A DNA stretch of 64,000 nt from an uncultured Caldisericota bacterium (lineage in GTDB: Bacteria; Caldisericota; Caldisericia; UBA6126): NCBI GenBank assembly GCA_964427915.1, contig CAYRWA010000053.1, forward strand, positions 1,667 through 65,666, in the 5' to 3' direction. A program made the translations under genes and the position numbers. Below the pieces are notes generated by a model. That model was given only the letters and a program-made list of their open reading frames with translations, searched no databases and was not told where the DNA came from. Shown here in pieces: positions 45,843 to 55,097 of the stretch. Within the stretch, counting starts at the first letter, position 1. The number at the start of each line of letters is the position of its first letter.

Positions 45843-46991
45843 GTGAAATTATTAGAATACCAAGCAAAAGAAGTGTTTAGAAGTGCTGCTATACGAACGC
45901 CAAATGAAGCCATGGTAACGACGCCTCAAGATGCTGTAAAAATGGCTGATGAGTCTGTTGGATACCCTTGCGTCATAAAAGCTCAAGTACCGGTAGGCGG
46001 ACGAGGAAAAGCAGGCGGTGTAAAGGTTGCAAAAAATGCAGAAGACGTTGTGCAAATTGCATCGCAAATATTGGGCATGAGCATTAAAGGATGTGTAGTT
46101 GAAAAAATATTGGTATCAGAAGCTGTTTCCATACAAAATGAATACTATCTAAGCGTTGTTTTGCATAGGGCTTCCCAAAAACCCATGATCATTATGTCTC
46201 CAGCTGGAGGAGTTGATATTGAAGAAATCAGTAAAAACCAGCCACACATGATCTTTAAAGAAGAATATGATTTTATTTTGGGGTTTAAAGATTATAGCTT
46301 GCGCAAAACCTACCAAAAAATGTTTCAAAACCAAGAAGATAGAGTCTCTTACAAGGAGTTTAAAGAATTTTTAAACAAATTGGTTAATGTGTATTTTGAA
46401 AAAGATGCAACCTTGGTAGAAATTAATCCGCTTATTGTTCATAAAAATGAATGTATGGCCTTGGATGCAAAGATTTTACTCGATGATAATGGATTGGAGT
46501 TTCATCCTGAGTTTGAAAAATATATCACCTCAAATGCAGAAGAAACTGAACAAGAAAAGATGGCACGAGAAGCAAACCTAACCTATATCTCGCTTGATGG
46601 CAATATTGCCTGTATGGTTAACGGTGCTGGTCTGGCTATGGCAACAATGGATACCATTAAACATTTTGGGGGAAGCCCTGCAAATTTTTTGGATATTGGT
46701 GGAAGCTCTCATCCAGAAAAAGTTGTGAATGCTCTGAAAATTATTGCATCGAACCAAAAAGTAAAAGCTATATTAATTAATATTTTTGGTGGGATTACGA
46801 GATGTGATGATATTGCACAAGGATTCAAAGAAGGGCTTGAAAGAGTATCATTCAATTTGCCCATTTCTTGCCGAATCATTGGCACAAACGATGAAAAGGC
46901 ACGATCCATCTTACGTGAAATCAACATTCCCGTAACAACGGATATGGATGAAGCTGTGCAAAATGTTGTGAAACTTGCAAGGGAGGCTTAA
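45843..46991 (+). CDS. sucC: Succinate--CoA ligase beta subunit
   Basis: A GTG start follows AGGAGGA. It has [10 protein letters not shown] and an ATP-grasp region ([20 protein letters not shown]), and is 382 aa long. Confidence 0.9.
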   Translation: MKLLEYQAKEVFRSAAIRTPNEAMVTTPQDAVKMADESVGYPCVIKAQVPVGGRGKAGGVKVAKNAEDVVQIASQILGMSIKGCVVEKILVSEAVSIQNEYYLSVVLHRASQKPMIIMSPAGGVDIEEISKNQPHMIFKEEYDFILGFKDYSLRKTYQKMFQNQEDRVSYKEFKEFLNKLVNVYFEKDATLVEINPLIVHKNECMALDAKILLDDNGLEFHPEFEKYITSNAEETEQEKMAREANLTYISLDGNIACMVNGAGLAMATMDTIKHFGGSPANFLDIGGSSHPEKVVNALKIIASNQKVKAILINIFGGITRCDDIAQGFKEGLERVSFNLPISCRIIGTNDEKARSILREINIPVTTDMDEAVQNVVKLAREA

Positions 46992-46993
46992 TC

Positions 46994-47854
46994 ATGAGCA
47001 TCTTACTGAACGAAAACTCAAAAGTGATCGTGCAGGGAATAACCGGTAGAGATGGTTCGTTCCATGCTGATCAAATGATTCAATATGGCACAAACGTTGT
47101 AGGAGGTGTAACTCCAGGAAAAGGAGGTCAGACCATTCTTGGAGTTCCCATTTTTAATTCGGTACAAGAGGCTGTAACAGAAAAAAAAGCAGATGTATCC
47201 CTTATTTTTGTACCTGCGCCGTTTGCCTCAGATGCTATCGTAGAAGCTGCAGACGCGGGTATTCGACTGATCGTTTGTATTACGGAGGGAGTTCCTGTAA
47301 ATCAAATGTTAAAGGTCCAGGCATATCTTAGGTCAAAGCCTGATGTTAGGCTTATCGGACCCAATTGTCCTGGCCTGATATCTCCTGGAAAATCCAAGGT
47401 AGGCATATTACCAGGACATATTTTTAAGCAAGGAAATGTGGGTGTTGTTTCGAGAAGTGGTACTTTAACCTATGAAATTGTCTATAGCCTAACTTCTTCT
47501 GGTTTTGGTGAATCAACTTGCATCGGAATTGGGGGAGATCCCATTATTGGAACCGATTTTATTGACACTCTTTCCTTGTTTAACGATGACCCCCAAACAG
47601 AATCCATCGTCTTGATTGGAGAAATCGGAGGAGACGCAGAAGAGAAAGCGGCTGCCTATATCCGACATAATATCAAGAAGAAAGTGGTTGCTTTTATTGC
47701 TGGGGTTACTGCTCCTCCTGAAAAAAGGATGGGCCATGCAGGGGCCATTATATCCCAAGGAATGGGTACTGCTGAAGGAAAAGTGAAGGCCTTTCACGAA
47801 GCGGGAGTCAAGGTTGCATCAATTCCTTCTCAAGTTGCAGACTTGCTACGATGA
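46994..47854 (+). CDS. sucD: Succinate--CoA ligase alpha subunit
   Basis: It has [18 protein letters not shown] and a phosphohistidine loop (MGHAGAII). Confidence 0.92.
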   Translation: MSILLNENSKVIVQGITGRDGSFHADQMIQYGTNVVGGVTPGKGGQTILGVPIFNSVQEAVTEKKADVSLIFVPAPFASDAIVEAADAGIRLIVCITEGVPVNQMLKVQAYLRSKPDVRLIGPNCPGLISPGKSKVGILPGHIFKQGNVGVVSRSGTLTYEIVYSLTSSGFGESTCIGIGGDPIIGTDFIDTLSLFNDDPQTESIVLIGEIGGDAEEKAAAYIRHNIKKKVVAFIAGVTAPPEKRMGHAGAIISQGMGTAEGKVKAFHEAGVKVASIPSQVADLLR

Positions 47855-48855
47855 AAGCTACAATAATTGGGGCAGAGAATAGTGGCAAACAGGGTCTTTT
47901 TGATATTTTAACCCGGGGGAAAACATCAAAAAGCAAAGGAAAACTTCTAGGATCTACTACCGTTCCAGACGAACGAGTTGACAAAATGGCAGCTGCATTT
48001 CAGCCAAAGAAAACGACCTATGCTCAATTGCATTTTATTTCTGTATCTCTGGAGCCTGTTTTCCCTTTTGAAGATCTTCGTTCCTCGGATGTATTTGTTT
48101 TTGTTATCAAGGCCTATTCTCAATATGAAGGAGATATTGTCAACGTTATCAAAGACTATGAAGATATCGATATGCTTTTTCGATTAAAAGATATTGAACT
48201 ATTGGAAAGATACATTGATAGGCACAAAAAAGACCCCAAAGCAAAAAAAGAAGTAGAAGAATGTACACAGCTGATTCCTCTGATAGAAAACAATCAATTA
48301 GAAGAAGATACGTCAATGATCCATTCTGACGTAGTAAAAAATCTCGGACTGCATTCCGTTGTCCCTAGAATTGTTGTTTTTAATATTGATGAAAATAGTA
48401 TTCATACAGCAGCATCCTTTGAAAAACAGTGGCAAGAATCGTATAACAATGTTCCTTATACCAACATTTGTATTTCACTTGAAGAAGAGCTTGCTATGTT
48501 AAATGAAGAGGATCAAAAAGAATTGTTTCAAGAATATTCTATTGAAAAACCTGGATTGCACACTCTACTTCATGCCGTATATGAGCACCTAGATTTACAG
48601 ACTTTTTTTACTGTTGGTGAGGATGAAGTAAAAGCCTGGACTGTTAAAAAAAATATTACTGCCTTAGAAGCAGCTGGTAAGATTCATACTGACATAAAAA
48701 AAGGCTTTATTCGAGCTGAAATTGTTCACTATAAAGATTTCGAAAAAAACCATTTTTCAATGAAAGAATGTAAAGAGAATGGATGTTTTTTTCTAGAAGG
48801 CAAAGAGTATATCTTACAAGATGGTGACATTATGCATGTCCGATTTAATATTTAA
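47851..48855 (+). CDS. YchF/Ola1-like protein with degenerate nucleotide-binding motifs
   Basis: The C-terminal YchF domain is well conserved ([14 protein letters not shown]...[19 protein letters not shown]...[11 protein letters not shown]). However, the P-loop reads GAENSGKQG instead of GLPNVGKST, and the DxxG G3 position reads SVSLE. Confidence 0.7.
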   Translation: MKATIIGAENSGKQGLFDILTRGKTSKSKGKLLGSTTVPDERVDKMAAAFQPKKTTYAQLHFISVSLEPVFPFEDLRSSDVFVFVIKAYSQYEGDIVNVIKDYEDIDMLFRLKDIELLERYIDRHKKDPKAKKEVEECTQLIPLIENNQLEEDTSMIHSDVVKNLGLHSVVPRIVVFNIDENSIHTAASFEKQWQESYNNVPYTNICISLEEELAMLNEEDQKELFQEYSIEKPGLHTLLHAVYEHLDLQTFFTVGEDEVKAWTVKKNITALEAAGKIHTDIKKGFIRAEIVHYKDFEKNHFSMKECKENGCFFLEGKEYILQDGDIMHVRFNI

Positions 48856-48858
48856 GCC

Positions 48859-50124
48859 ATGAGTAGCAAAGATTCTCCCTCAAAGCTGATTTGGAATATA
48901 GCAGAGTTAGTCGCTCCTCGTAGCGATGATGGAAAACCCTTACGAGGGGATAAGCAAAATGAGTTGTTACGAATTGCTCATGCATATGTTGCTATTCAAG
49001 ATGGGAAAATAGTAGATTTTGGACCGATGTCATCCTGCCCGACAGAGTATAGTTCATTTCCCAAGATGGATGTTCACGGTTCATTGGTCATGCCAGGATT
49101 TGTGGATCCTCATACCCACCTTGTTTTTGCTGGCAATCGAGCAAAAGAATTTGTGGCTAGACTACAAGGAGAAGATTACCTTTCCATTCTAGCAGCAGGT
49201 GGAGGCATTTTAGAAACTGTTCGAGCTGTACGCGAAGCTAGTTTAGAAGAACTAATATCAAATACAGAAAGCCGTATGCGAGAGTGTTTACAATATGGGA
49301 CAACGGCTTTTGAGATAAAAAGCGGTTACGGGTTAACATTGGAAGATGAAGTCAAAATGTTGCAAGCTGCGAAGGCTGCTTCAACAAATATTGGAACTTG
49401 CATTTCTAGAACACTCCTTGCTGCTCATGCTGTACCACCTGAGTATAAAGGAAATATGGATGGGTACCTACAGTACATGAATCAAATCATTACCCCTTTT
49501 GTTGGCAAGAATGACCTTGCAGAAAATATTGATGTTTTTTGTGAAGAAGGAGTTTTTTCAGCTATTCAAGCGAAAGAAATATTACAGTGCGGTATTCAAT
49601 ATGGATTGCGTCCAAAGCTCCATATTGACGAGTTTAAGTCTATTGGAGGATTACCATTGGCTTCCCAGCTGAAAGCAATATCAGCAGACCATATGATGGT
49701 GTCTAATCCAGTAGAGTTTCCCGCATTTTGTGATGCAGGAGGCGTGGCTGTTGTTTTACCTGGTACTAGTTTTGGATTGTCACATGGAAAAAAGGATTAC
49801 AAGTATGCCAGGCGGTTGATTCATGCCAGTATTCCTGTTGCAATAGGTACTGATTTGAATCCAGGTACTTGTATGTGTAGCTCCATGCAAATGATGATAG
49901 AAATTGCTATTCTTCAAATGGGGCTTACTCTGCCTGAAGCAATCAATGCTGCAACCGTAAATGCTTCTTTCGCATGTGGATTGGAACACAAAACAGGTCT
50001 TATGGAAAAGGGGAAAAGAGCAGACTTACTGGTGCTTTCCGCCTCCTCCCTAGAAGAGATTCCATATCGATTTGGACTCAATAAGGTTACAAGAGTGTTA
50101 CTTAATGGAATTGATTTTGTTTGA
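48859..50124 (+). CDS. hutI: Imidazolonepropionase
   Basis: It has the amidohydrolase motif PGFVDPHTHLVFAGNR, and its length (421 aa) and overall pattern are typical of HutI. Confidence 0.85.
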   Translation: MSSKDSPSKLIWNIAELVAPRSDDGKPLRGDKQNELLRIAHAYVAIQDGKIVDFGPMSSCPTEYSSFPKMDVHGSLVMPGFVDPHTHLVFAGNRAKEFVARLQGEDYLSILAAGGGILETVRAVREASLEELISNTESRMRECLQYGTTAFEIKSGYGLTLEDEVKMLQAAKAASTNIGTCISRTLLAAHAVPPEYKGNMDGYLQYMNQIITPFVGKNDLAENIDVFCEEGVFSAIQAKEILQCGIQYGLRPKLHIDEFKSIGGLPLASQLKAISADHMMVSNPVEFPAFCDAGGVAVVLPGTSFGLSHGKKDYKYARRLIHASIPVAIGTDLNPGTCMCSSMQMMIEIAILQMGLTLPEAINAATVNASFACGLEHKTGLMEKGKRADLLVLSASSLEEIPYRFGLNKVTRVLLNGIDFV

Positions 50125-50223
50125 TTGTTAGTGTATTATTTTCTTAAATTCGAAAATTTGTTACAAATTTATATGGGTTATGATTCAGTTTTGATGAATT
50201 GTAATTCAAGGGGGTTTTTTACG

Positions 50224-53166
50224 ATGAAGCATCGACTGAATAAATTTCTTAGTATTATGTTGTCTTTCATTTTGCTTGGCAGTGTTTTTTCTGTTTTTCG
50301 ACCTACAAAAACATATGCTTTAAAGAATTTCTTTATGATTGTACAACCTAGAAAGGTCGCCACAAGGGCAACCTATCGTTTTAATGTAACGATTGAAAAA
50401 CGGCTTAAGGTACACGAAGCCATTACGCTAGTATGGCCTCCTGGAACCATTATCGATCCTCCCATTCCAGAAGAAGAAAAAAAGCGTAAAGAACGACTTA
50501 CACAGATTATTGAATCTATGTCTATTGGTCTTTCTCCTTGTTCTGCTTGCCAGGGACTCCCGGTTATTGAAGAAACTCCAGAAGGGGGAATCTCCTTACG
50601 ATTCAATACTCATATTGAATTGAACCCAGAGATTGTAGGATATAGTGATATTGTTGTTACGGTACCAGATACTTGTGGATTTGTAACTCCACCGACTCCT
50701 GCTAAATACCAATGGAAGTTTTCAACAGGCGCAGAACCTTCTTTTATTTCTTCGGAACCATTTGAAATTGTTGAAAGTGCTATTGGTGTCCCCGAAGGAA
50801 TGCCTGTCGTTGAAGTACGACCTTCTTCTTTCCGAGCCAATGCTTCCTATACCATTGCATTCAATGTTGGGAAAGGCGGATGGTTGCGAGAAGGAGATGG
50901 ACGAATTCGTGTCAAATTTCCTGAAGGCACTCAATTTGCCGACGAAGAGATTAAAGAAAAATTTCTACTTGTTAACGGGAAACCAATCACAAATTCTCCA
51001 CTTGCAGTACGCAATCAGCTTACCTTCATTACTCCCATTGAAATCCCTGATAGTGGACATGTAGAAATTTTTATCGACGAAGGCGCCGGCATTATTAATC
51101 CACCAAAACCGGGCGAATATGTCCTAGAAGTTTCTACAATTCCAGCGGACAAAGATTGGGTCGCTTCTGAACCCTATTTAATTGAAAAAGGGGGAGCTCT
51201 ACTTAAGGTAGTACCTGCCAAAGTAAACAAACCGGCTCGGTATTCCTTCTCCTTTATTTTGGAAGCAGGAAAAACAATTGATGTAGGAAGCAAAATCAGC
51301 GTTCAATTTCCAGAGGGAACTGTCCTCCCATCATCTCTCAATAAATCCAAAATTTTTATCAGCGGAGAACCAATCAGAGACATTTCTGTCAATGGCCTGG
51401 AAGTTGTCATTTCTTCTGCCGTTAAAATAGAATCAGAAAGTGCTGTCGATGTTCTTTTTGCAGCAGATGCTGGAATTGTTAATACGACAGAACCAGGAGA
51501 AATCAAGTTAGGATATAAGCTTGAAAGTGAACCTGACTATTTGATGACCACTCCTGTTGATTTAATCGAATCTCGACTGGATATTTTAGATGTTACTAAT
51601 GAACCCAAAAATGCCTATTCTGTAACTTCTTGGACAATTCAAGGACTTACTGGGGACAATGGTGCTCTCCAAAAAGGTGATTTTATCGCCATTACATTCC
51701 CTGAGAATACCGAGATGCCAGAAGAGGTTGATCCCAACTCTGTTACAATAAACGAAATCCCTTCAGAAAAAGTTACGATTGAGGGAACCACTGCTAGTTT
51801 TTATATAGCACAAGAAGTAAAAGGTGGAACCGAATTTGTTCTACATACTACTCTTGCATCTGGTCTTCGCAATCCCACCGAGGAAAAAGTAGGCTATGTA
51901 CTCAAAGTTACCTCCAACACCGAAGATTTTGTAGCTACTTCTCCAACTTTCTTTACAACTCCAAAGTTACCAGTTTCTACATACGAAATTAAAGGTGGAA
52001 CAGAAGGTGAAAACGGATGGTATTTGGAACCCCCTGTTGTTTCTTTTTCCTGCGATGATCCAACAGCTGTCATAAAACTGTATTGGGACGATAAAGACAA
52101 TCAGATTATTACGTACGACGGGGGAGCAAAACCCCTCGACATAGGCCAGTATGAATCTCGCATTACATATTGGGCAGAATCTATTACTGGTGTGGAACCT
52201 CCAAAATCTTTTATCGTTAAGGTGGACACTGTTTTACCAGAAGTTGTTGTCGAAAAACCAGTAGAAACTAAAACAATTACTACAGAACCAACGATTGAAG
52301 TGGTAGCTCGTACGACATTGATCAAAACAATACGTTTTGGTGTTGACTCTCTTGAACTCGATAGGATTGCCTTTATTAATAATGAAAGAGTACCGGTTGA
52401 TCCTGAAACCGGATACTTCTCGTCTATAATTGACCTAGAACAAGGTGTGAATATTATCGACATCGTTGCAAAAGACGAAGCAGGTCATGAGAAAGCACTC
52501 CAATATGAGGTAGTGTACGATACCGAACCACCTGAAATTACTGTTACCTATCCTTTGGAAGGGGATGTTGTTACAAAGCGTAGATTCTCTGTAACAGGCC
52601 AAACAGATCCCACGGCGCAACTAACAATTAATGGTGAGTTTGTGTACCTAGAACAAAACGGGACTTTTGCATATGAAGTGACACCTAGAAAAATAGGAAA
52701 AATGACATTTGAGTTTGTTGCTACAGATCCCGTCGGTAATGTAACAGAAAAAACGATCCATATAACATTCGGTTACATTATTGAGTTAGTAATCGGTAAA
52801 AACACAGCTACCAAGAACGATGAAACCCAAGAGTTAACGATGGCACCCATTATTCAAAATGGGCGTACATTAGTCCCCTTTGGTTTTATTGGACGAGCAC
52901 TTGGTGCTGATGTAGGATATACTCAACATCCAACAACAAATCTTGTTGAGACTGTATGGCTTGAACTTGATGGCGTGAAGGTGGAACTTACGATCGGTTC
53001 GAACATTGCCAAAGTGAATGGAGAAGATGTAACCATGGATGTTGCTTGCCAGATCATTAGCGGGAATACCATGGTCCCTGTCCGATTTGTTTCCGAAAGC
53101 CTTGGTGCTGATATTGGCTGGGATGGTGACACGGAAACAATTACAATAACCTATCCAAAATTATAA
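50224..53166 (+). CDS. Large secreted surface protein: four tandem ~130-150-aa modules, Ig-like domains, C-terminal copper-amine-oxidase-N 'stalk' repeats (S-layer-like candidate)
   Basis: ATG 50224 follows AAGGGGG and gives a signal peptide (MKHRLNKFLSIMLSFILLGSVFSVF). The module motif recurs four times (TYRFNVT...ITLVWPPGT, SYTIAFNV...IRVKFPEGT, RYSFSFIL...ISVQFPEGT, SWTIQGLT...IAITFPENT). The C-terminus carries NGRTLVPFGFIGRALGADV and NTMVPVRFVSESLGADIGW. Confidence 0.7.
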   Translation: MKHRLNKFLSIMLSFILLGSVFSVFRPTKTYALKNFFMIVQPRKVATRATYRFNVTIEKRLKVHEAITLVWPPGTIIDPPIPEEEKKRKERLTQIIESMSIGLSPCSACQGLPVIEETPEGGISLRFNTHIELNPEIVGYSDIVVTVPDTCGFVTPPTPAKYQWKFSTGAEPSFISSEPFEIVESAIGVPEGMPVVEVRPSSFRANASYTIAFNVGKGGWLREGDGRIRVKFPEGTQFADEEIKEKFLLVNGKPITNSPLAVRNQLTFITPIEIPDSGHVEIFIDEGAGIINPPKPGEYVLEVSTIPADKDWVASEPYLIEKGGALLKVVPAKVNKPARYSFSFILEAGKTIDVGSKISVQFPEGTVLPSSLNKSKIFISGEPIRDISVNGLEVVISSAVKIESESAVDVLFAADAGIVNTTEPGEIKLGYKLESEPDYLMTTPVDLIESRLDILDVTNEPKNAYSVTSWTIQGLTGDNGALQKGDFIAITFPENTEMPEEVDPNSVTINEIPSEKVTIEGTTASFYIAQEVKGGTEFVLHTTLASGLRNPTEEKVGYVLKVTSNTEDFVATSPTFFTTPKLPVSTYEIKGGTEGENGWYLEPPVVSFSCDDPTAVIKLYWDDKDNQIITYDGGAKPLDIGQYESRITYWAESITGVEPPKSFIVKVDTVLPEVVVEKPVETKTITTEPTIEVVARTTLIKTIRFGVDSLELDRIAFINNERVPVDPETGYFSSIIDLEQGVNIIDIVAKDEAGHEKALQYEVVYDTEPPEITVTYPLEGDVVTKRRFSVTGQTDPTAQLTINGEFVYLEQNGTFAYEVTPRKIGKMTFEFVATDPVGNVTEKTIHITFGYIIELVIGKNTATKNDETQELTMAPIIQNGRTLVPFGFIGRALGADVGYTQHPTTNLVETVWLELDGVKVELTIGSNIAKVNGEDVTMDVACQIISGNTMVPVRFVSESLGADIGWDGDTETITITYPKL

Positions 53167-53187
53167 AAATCTAGTAGGAGGCGGTGT

Positions 53188-54594
53188 ATGAGAAAGAATG
53201 TTAAAAAGCTTTTAACCTTGAGTTTTGCTTGCGTGTTCACTTTTCTGTTTGTATTCGGAAATTATCAAGCACCTTACAAGGTATATGCATCAAATGATAG
53301 CGACTTTACACCGTCTCCTTCACCTGTCATCGTGGAGCGTTTTACAGGTGGATGGTGTGGAGCTTGTCCATATGCTTCTGCCGGAATGCATCATGCAGAA
53401 TTAGTTTTAAACCAAACGGAGAACGTATTTATTCCCCTATCCTTTCACAATCGCGATCCTCTTGCATCTGCCGATACTGAAAAAAGAGCCGATTATTACT
53501 CGATAAATGCGTATCCATCTGTTGTTGTTGGTGGAATTGATTTGATCGTGGGCGTTCCAAATGATGGGCAGTATTTAGACTTTGATCAGTATGTTGCTGC
53601 GATTCTTGAATGCGAGAATCAACAGAGAATTTTGGCCGATATTCAGTTAACAGGTGATTTTGATAAGCATTCTTTCCAGGTCAAAGTAAAAGCAAGAGAA
53701 GATTTCGGAAAACGCAACATTAATATCATTGCAGCCATCTACCAAGACTGGGTAAACGTTGCACAAAAAAACGGGGAGTATATGAACCGTTATGTTGTAC
53801 GTAAAATGCCTTATGGTGTTACCGGAAAGCCTGTTCGTTTAAAAGCAGACCAAATTTACGAAGAAGATAGAAAATTTGTTCTTACCACTAGAGCTGCTGC
53901 GCAAAGTGGTATCGTTGTATTTTTGCAAGACCAGGATACAAAAGAAATTGTAGGATCTGCTTTGCACAAGTTTTCTGATGAAAGACCCGCTCTTTTCTAC
54001 TGGAATGTTCCTCAAATGGGATTGCAACAAAAACACACATCCCTTGATATTATGACCTACAAAGTTAGCAATACCCGACGCTTAAAAAAACTAATTGTTC
54101 AACTTCACCGTGCAGATGATTACTATACAATTGAATCTGCTAGATTACCTGATAGTATCACTGCAAGTGCTTCCGTCGATTTTAATTCAAGAAAAGGCGA
54201 GATTACGGTTCTGTTTGATACTCCTTTTACTGGATCTGGAGACTTATTTGAACTATTGGTAAACTTCAAAAAAGATACGGGTGATGGAGGGGTGCTTTTT
54301 AAAATCACTCAGTTTTCTGCTTCAGATGACCAAGGAGAACTTGTTCCCTTTGAGTTAATTGACCTATCCTTTTTTAGTGGTATTCAAGTAGTGCCCAATT
54401 TGTATGATTTGGATAAAAACGGACACGTCGATGATAGCGATGTAATTCTCTTGGGTAAATCTTTTGGAACTATGCGCGGAGATAAGGGTTTCATGAAAGA
54501 GGCAGATTATAATGATGATAGGAGAATTGACCTTCTTGACATCAACCAATTAATGTTGCATGAGGATTGGCGGATACGAAAATCATTTCCTTAA
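53188..54594 (+). CDS. Secreted thioredoxin-fold (WCGAC) protein with beta-sandwich middle region and C-terminal dockerin-like module
   Basis: It has a signal peptide. FTGGWCGACPYAS...AYPSVVVGG is paralogous to 41279-42916. The C-terminus has two Ca-binding F-hand-like segments, DLDKNGHVDDSD and DYNDDRRIDLLD. Confidence 0.7.
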   Translation: MRKNVKKLLTLSFACVFTFLFVFGNYQAPYKVYASNDSDFTPSPSPVIVERFTGGWCGACPYASAGMHHAELVLNQTENVFIPLSFHNRDPLASADTEKRADYYSINAYPSVVVGGIDLIVGVPNDGQYLDFDQYVAAILECENQQRILADIQLTGDFDKHSFQVKVKAREDFGKRNINIIAAIYQDWVNVAQKNGEYMNRYVVRKMPYGVTGKPVRLKADQIYEEDRKFVLTTRAAAQSGIVVFLQDQDTKEIVGSALHKFSDERPALFYWNVPQMGLQQKHTSLDIMTYKVSNTRRLKKLIVQLHRADDYYTIESARLPDSITASASVDFNSRKGEITVLFDTPFTGSGDLFELLVNFKKDTGDGGVLFKITQFSASDDQGELVPFELIDLSFFSGIQVVPNLYDLDKNGHVDDSDVILLGKSFGTMRGDKGFMKEADYNDDRRIDLLDINQLMLHEDWRIRKSFP

Positions 54595-54947
54595 TCAAAA
54601 AAAAGAACGATTGCAACAGCATATTCTTTTTCATGGGAAATGCTAATTTGTAGTTGATTTGAAATCAAATCATTGCGATTTGAAGAAAAATATGGCCTGC
54701 CCTCGGGAGTGTGGAACACTTCAACATCCCCAAGGGCAGGTTTTTTAATGTAGTCACTAACTGCCTTGATATAGGATTCTTTAGCAGCAAACATTCCTGC
54801 TAGAGATTCCGATGGATTATTTTTTGTATGTGCATAGTCCCATTCTTGTTTTGTTCCTATATGACGAATCCACCAGTTTGAGTGGTATTGGAGACACATT
54901 TTTTGAATACGATCAATCTTTACAATATCAATGCCAGTCGAAATCAT
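54591..54947 (-). CDS. acpS: Holo-[acyl-carrier-protein] synthase
   Basis: It has MISTGIDIVKIDRI and FAAKESYIKA motifs. ATG 54947 follows GGAG by 6 nt and gives ~118 aa. Confidence 0.85.
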   Translation of the reverse strand: MISTGIDIVKIDRIQKMCLQYHSNWWIRHIGTKQEWDYAHTKNNPSESLAGMFAAKESYIKAVSDYIKKPALGDVEVFHTPEGRPYFSSNRNDLISNQLQISISHEKEYAVAIVLFFD

Positions 54948-54967
54948 TTTTTCTCCATAGAAGCTTT

Positions 54968-54996
54968 TTGCTTTTTTGCACATTATATTATATAAT
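54968..54996 (+). promoter_or_regulatory. Candidate promoter upstream of rpoB
   Basis: The -35 TTGCTT (54968-54973), a 17-nt spacer and the -10 TATAAT (54991-54996) lie ~100 nt upstream of the rpoB GTG. Pattern match only, in an AT-rich region. Confidence 0.3.
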
Positions 54997-55097
54997 GATT
55001 GTTTGTTAAATTAAATTTTAATTTTTTTCTTGGTACGGGGATTCTATGGTAATTTGTAGCCTTGTGATTTATTTCATATGGTAATAAGGAGTTTATT

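Noticed and set aside
50373-52620. A string of 60-120-aa antisense ORFs lies inside the large surface-protein gene.
   Set aside because: All are embedded in a 980-aa sense ORF with clear domain structure. None has start-site support.
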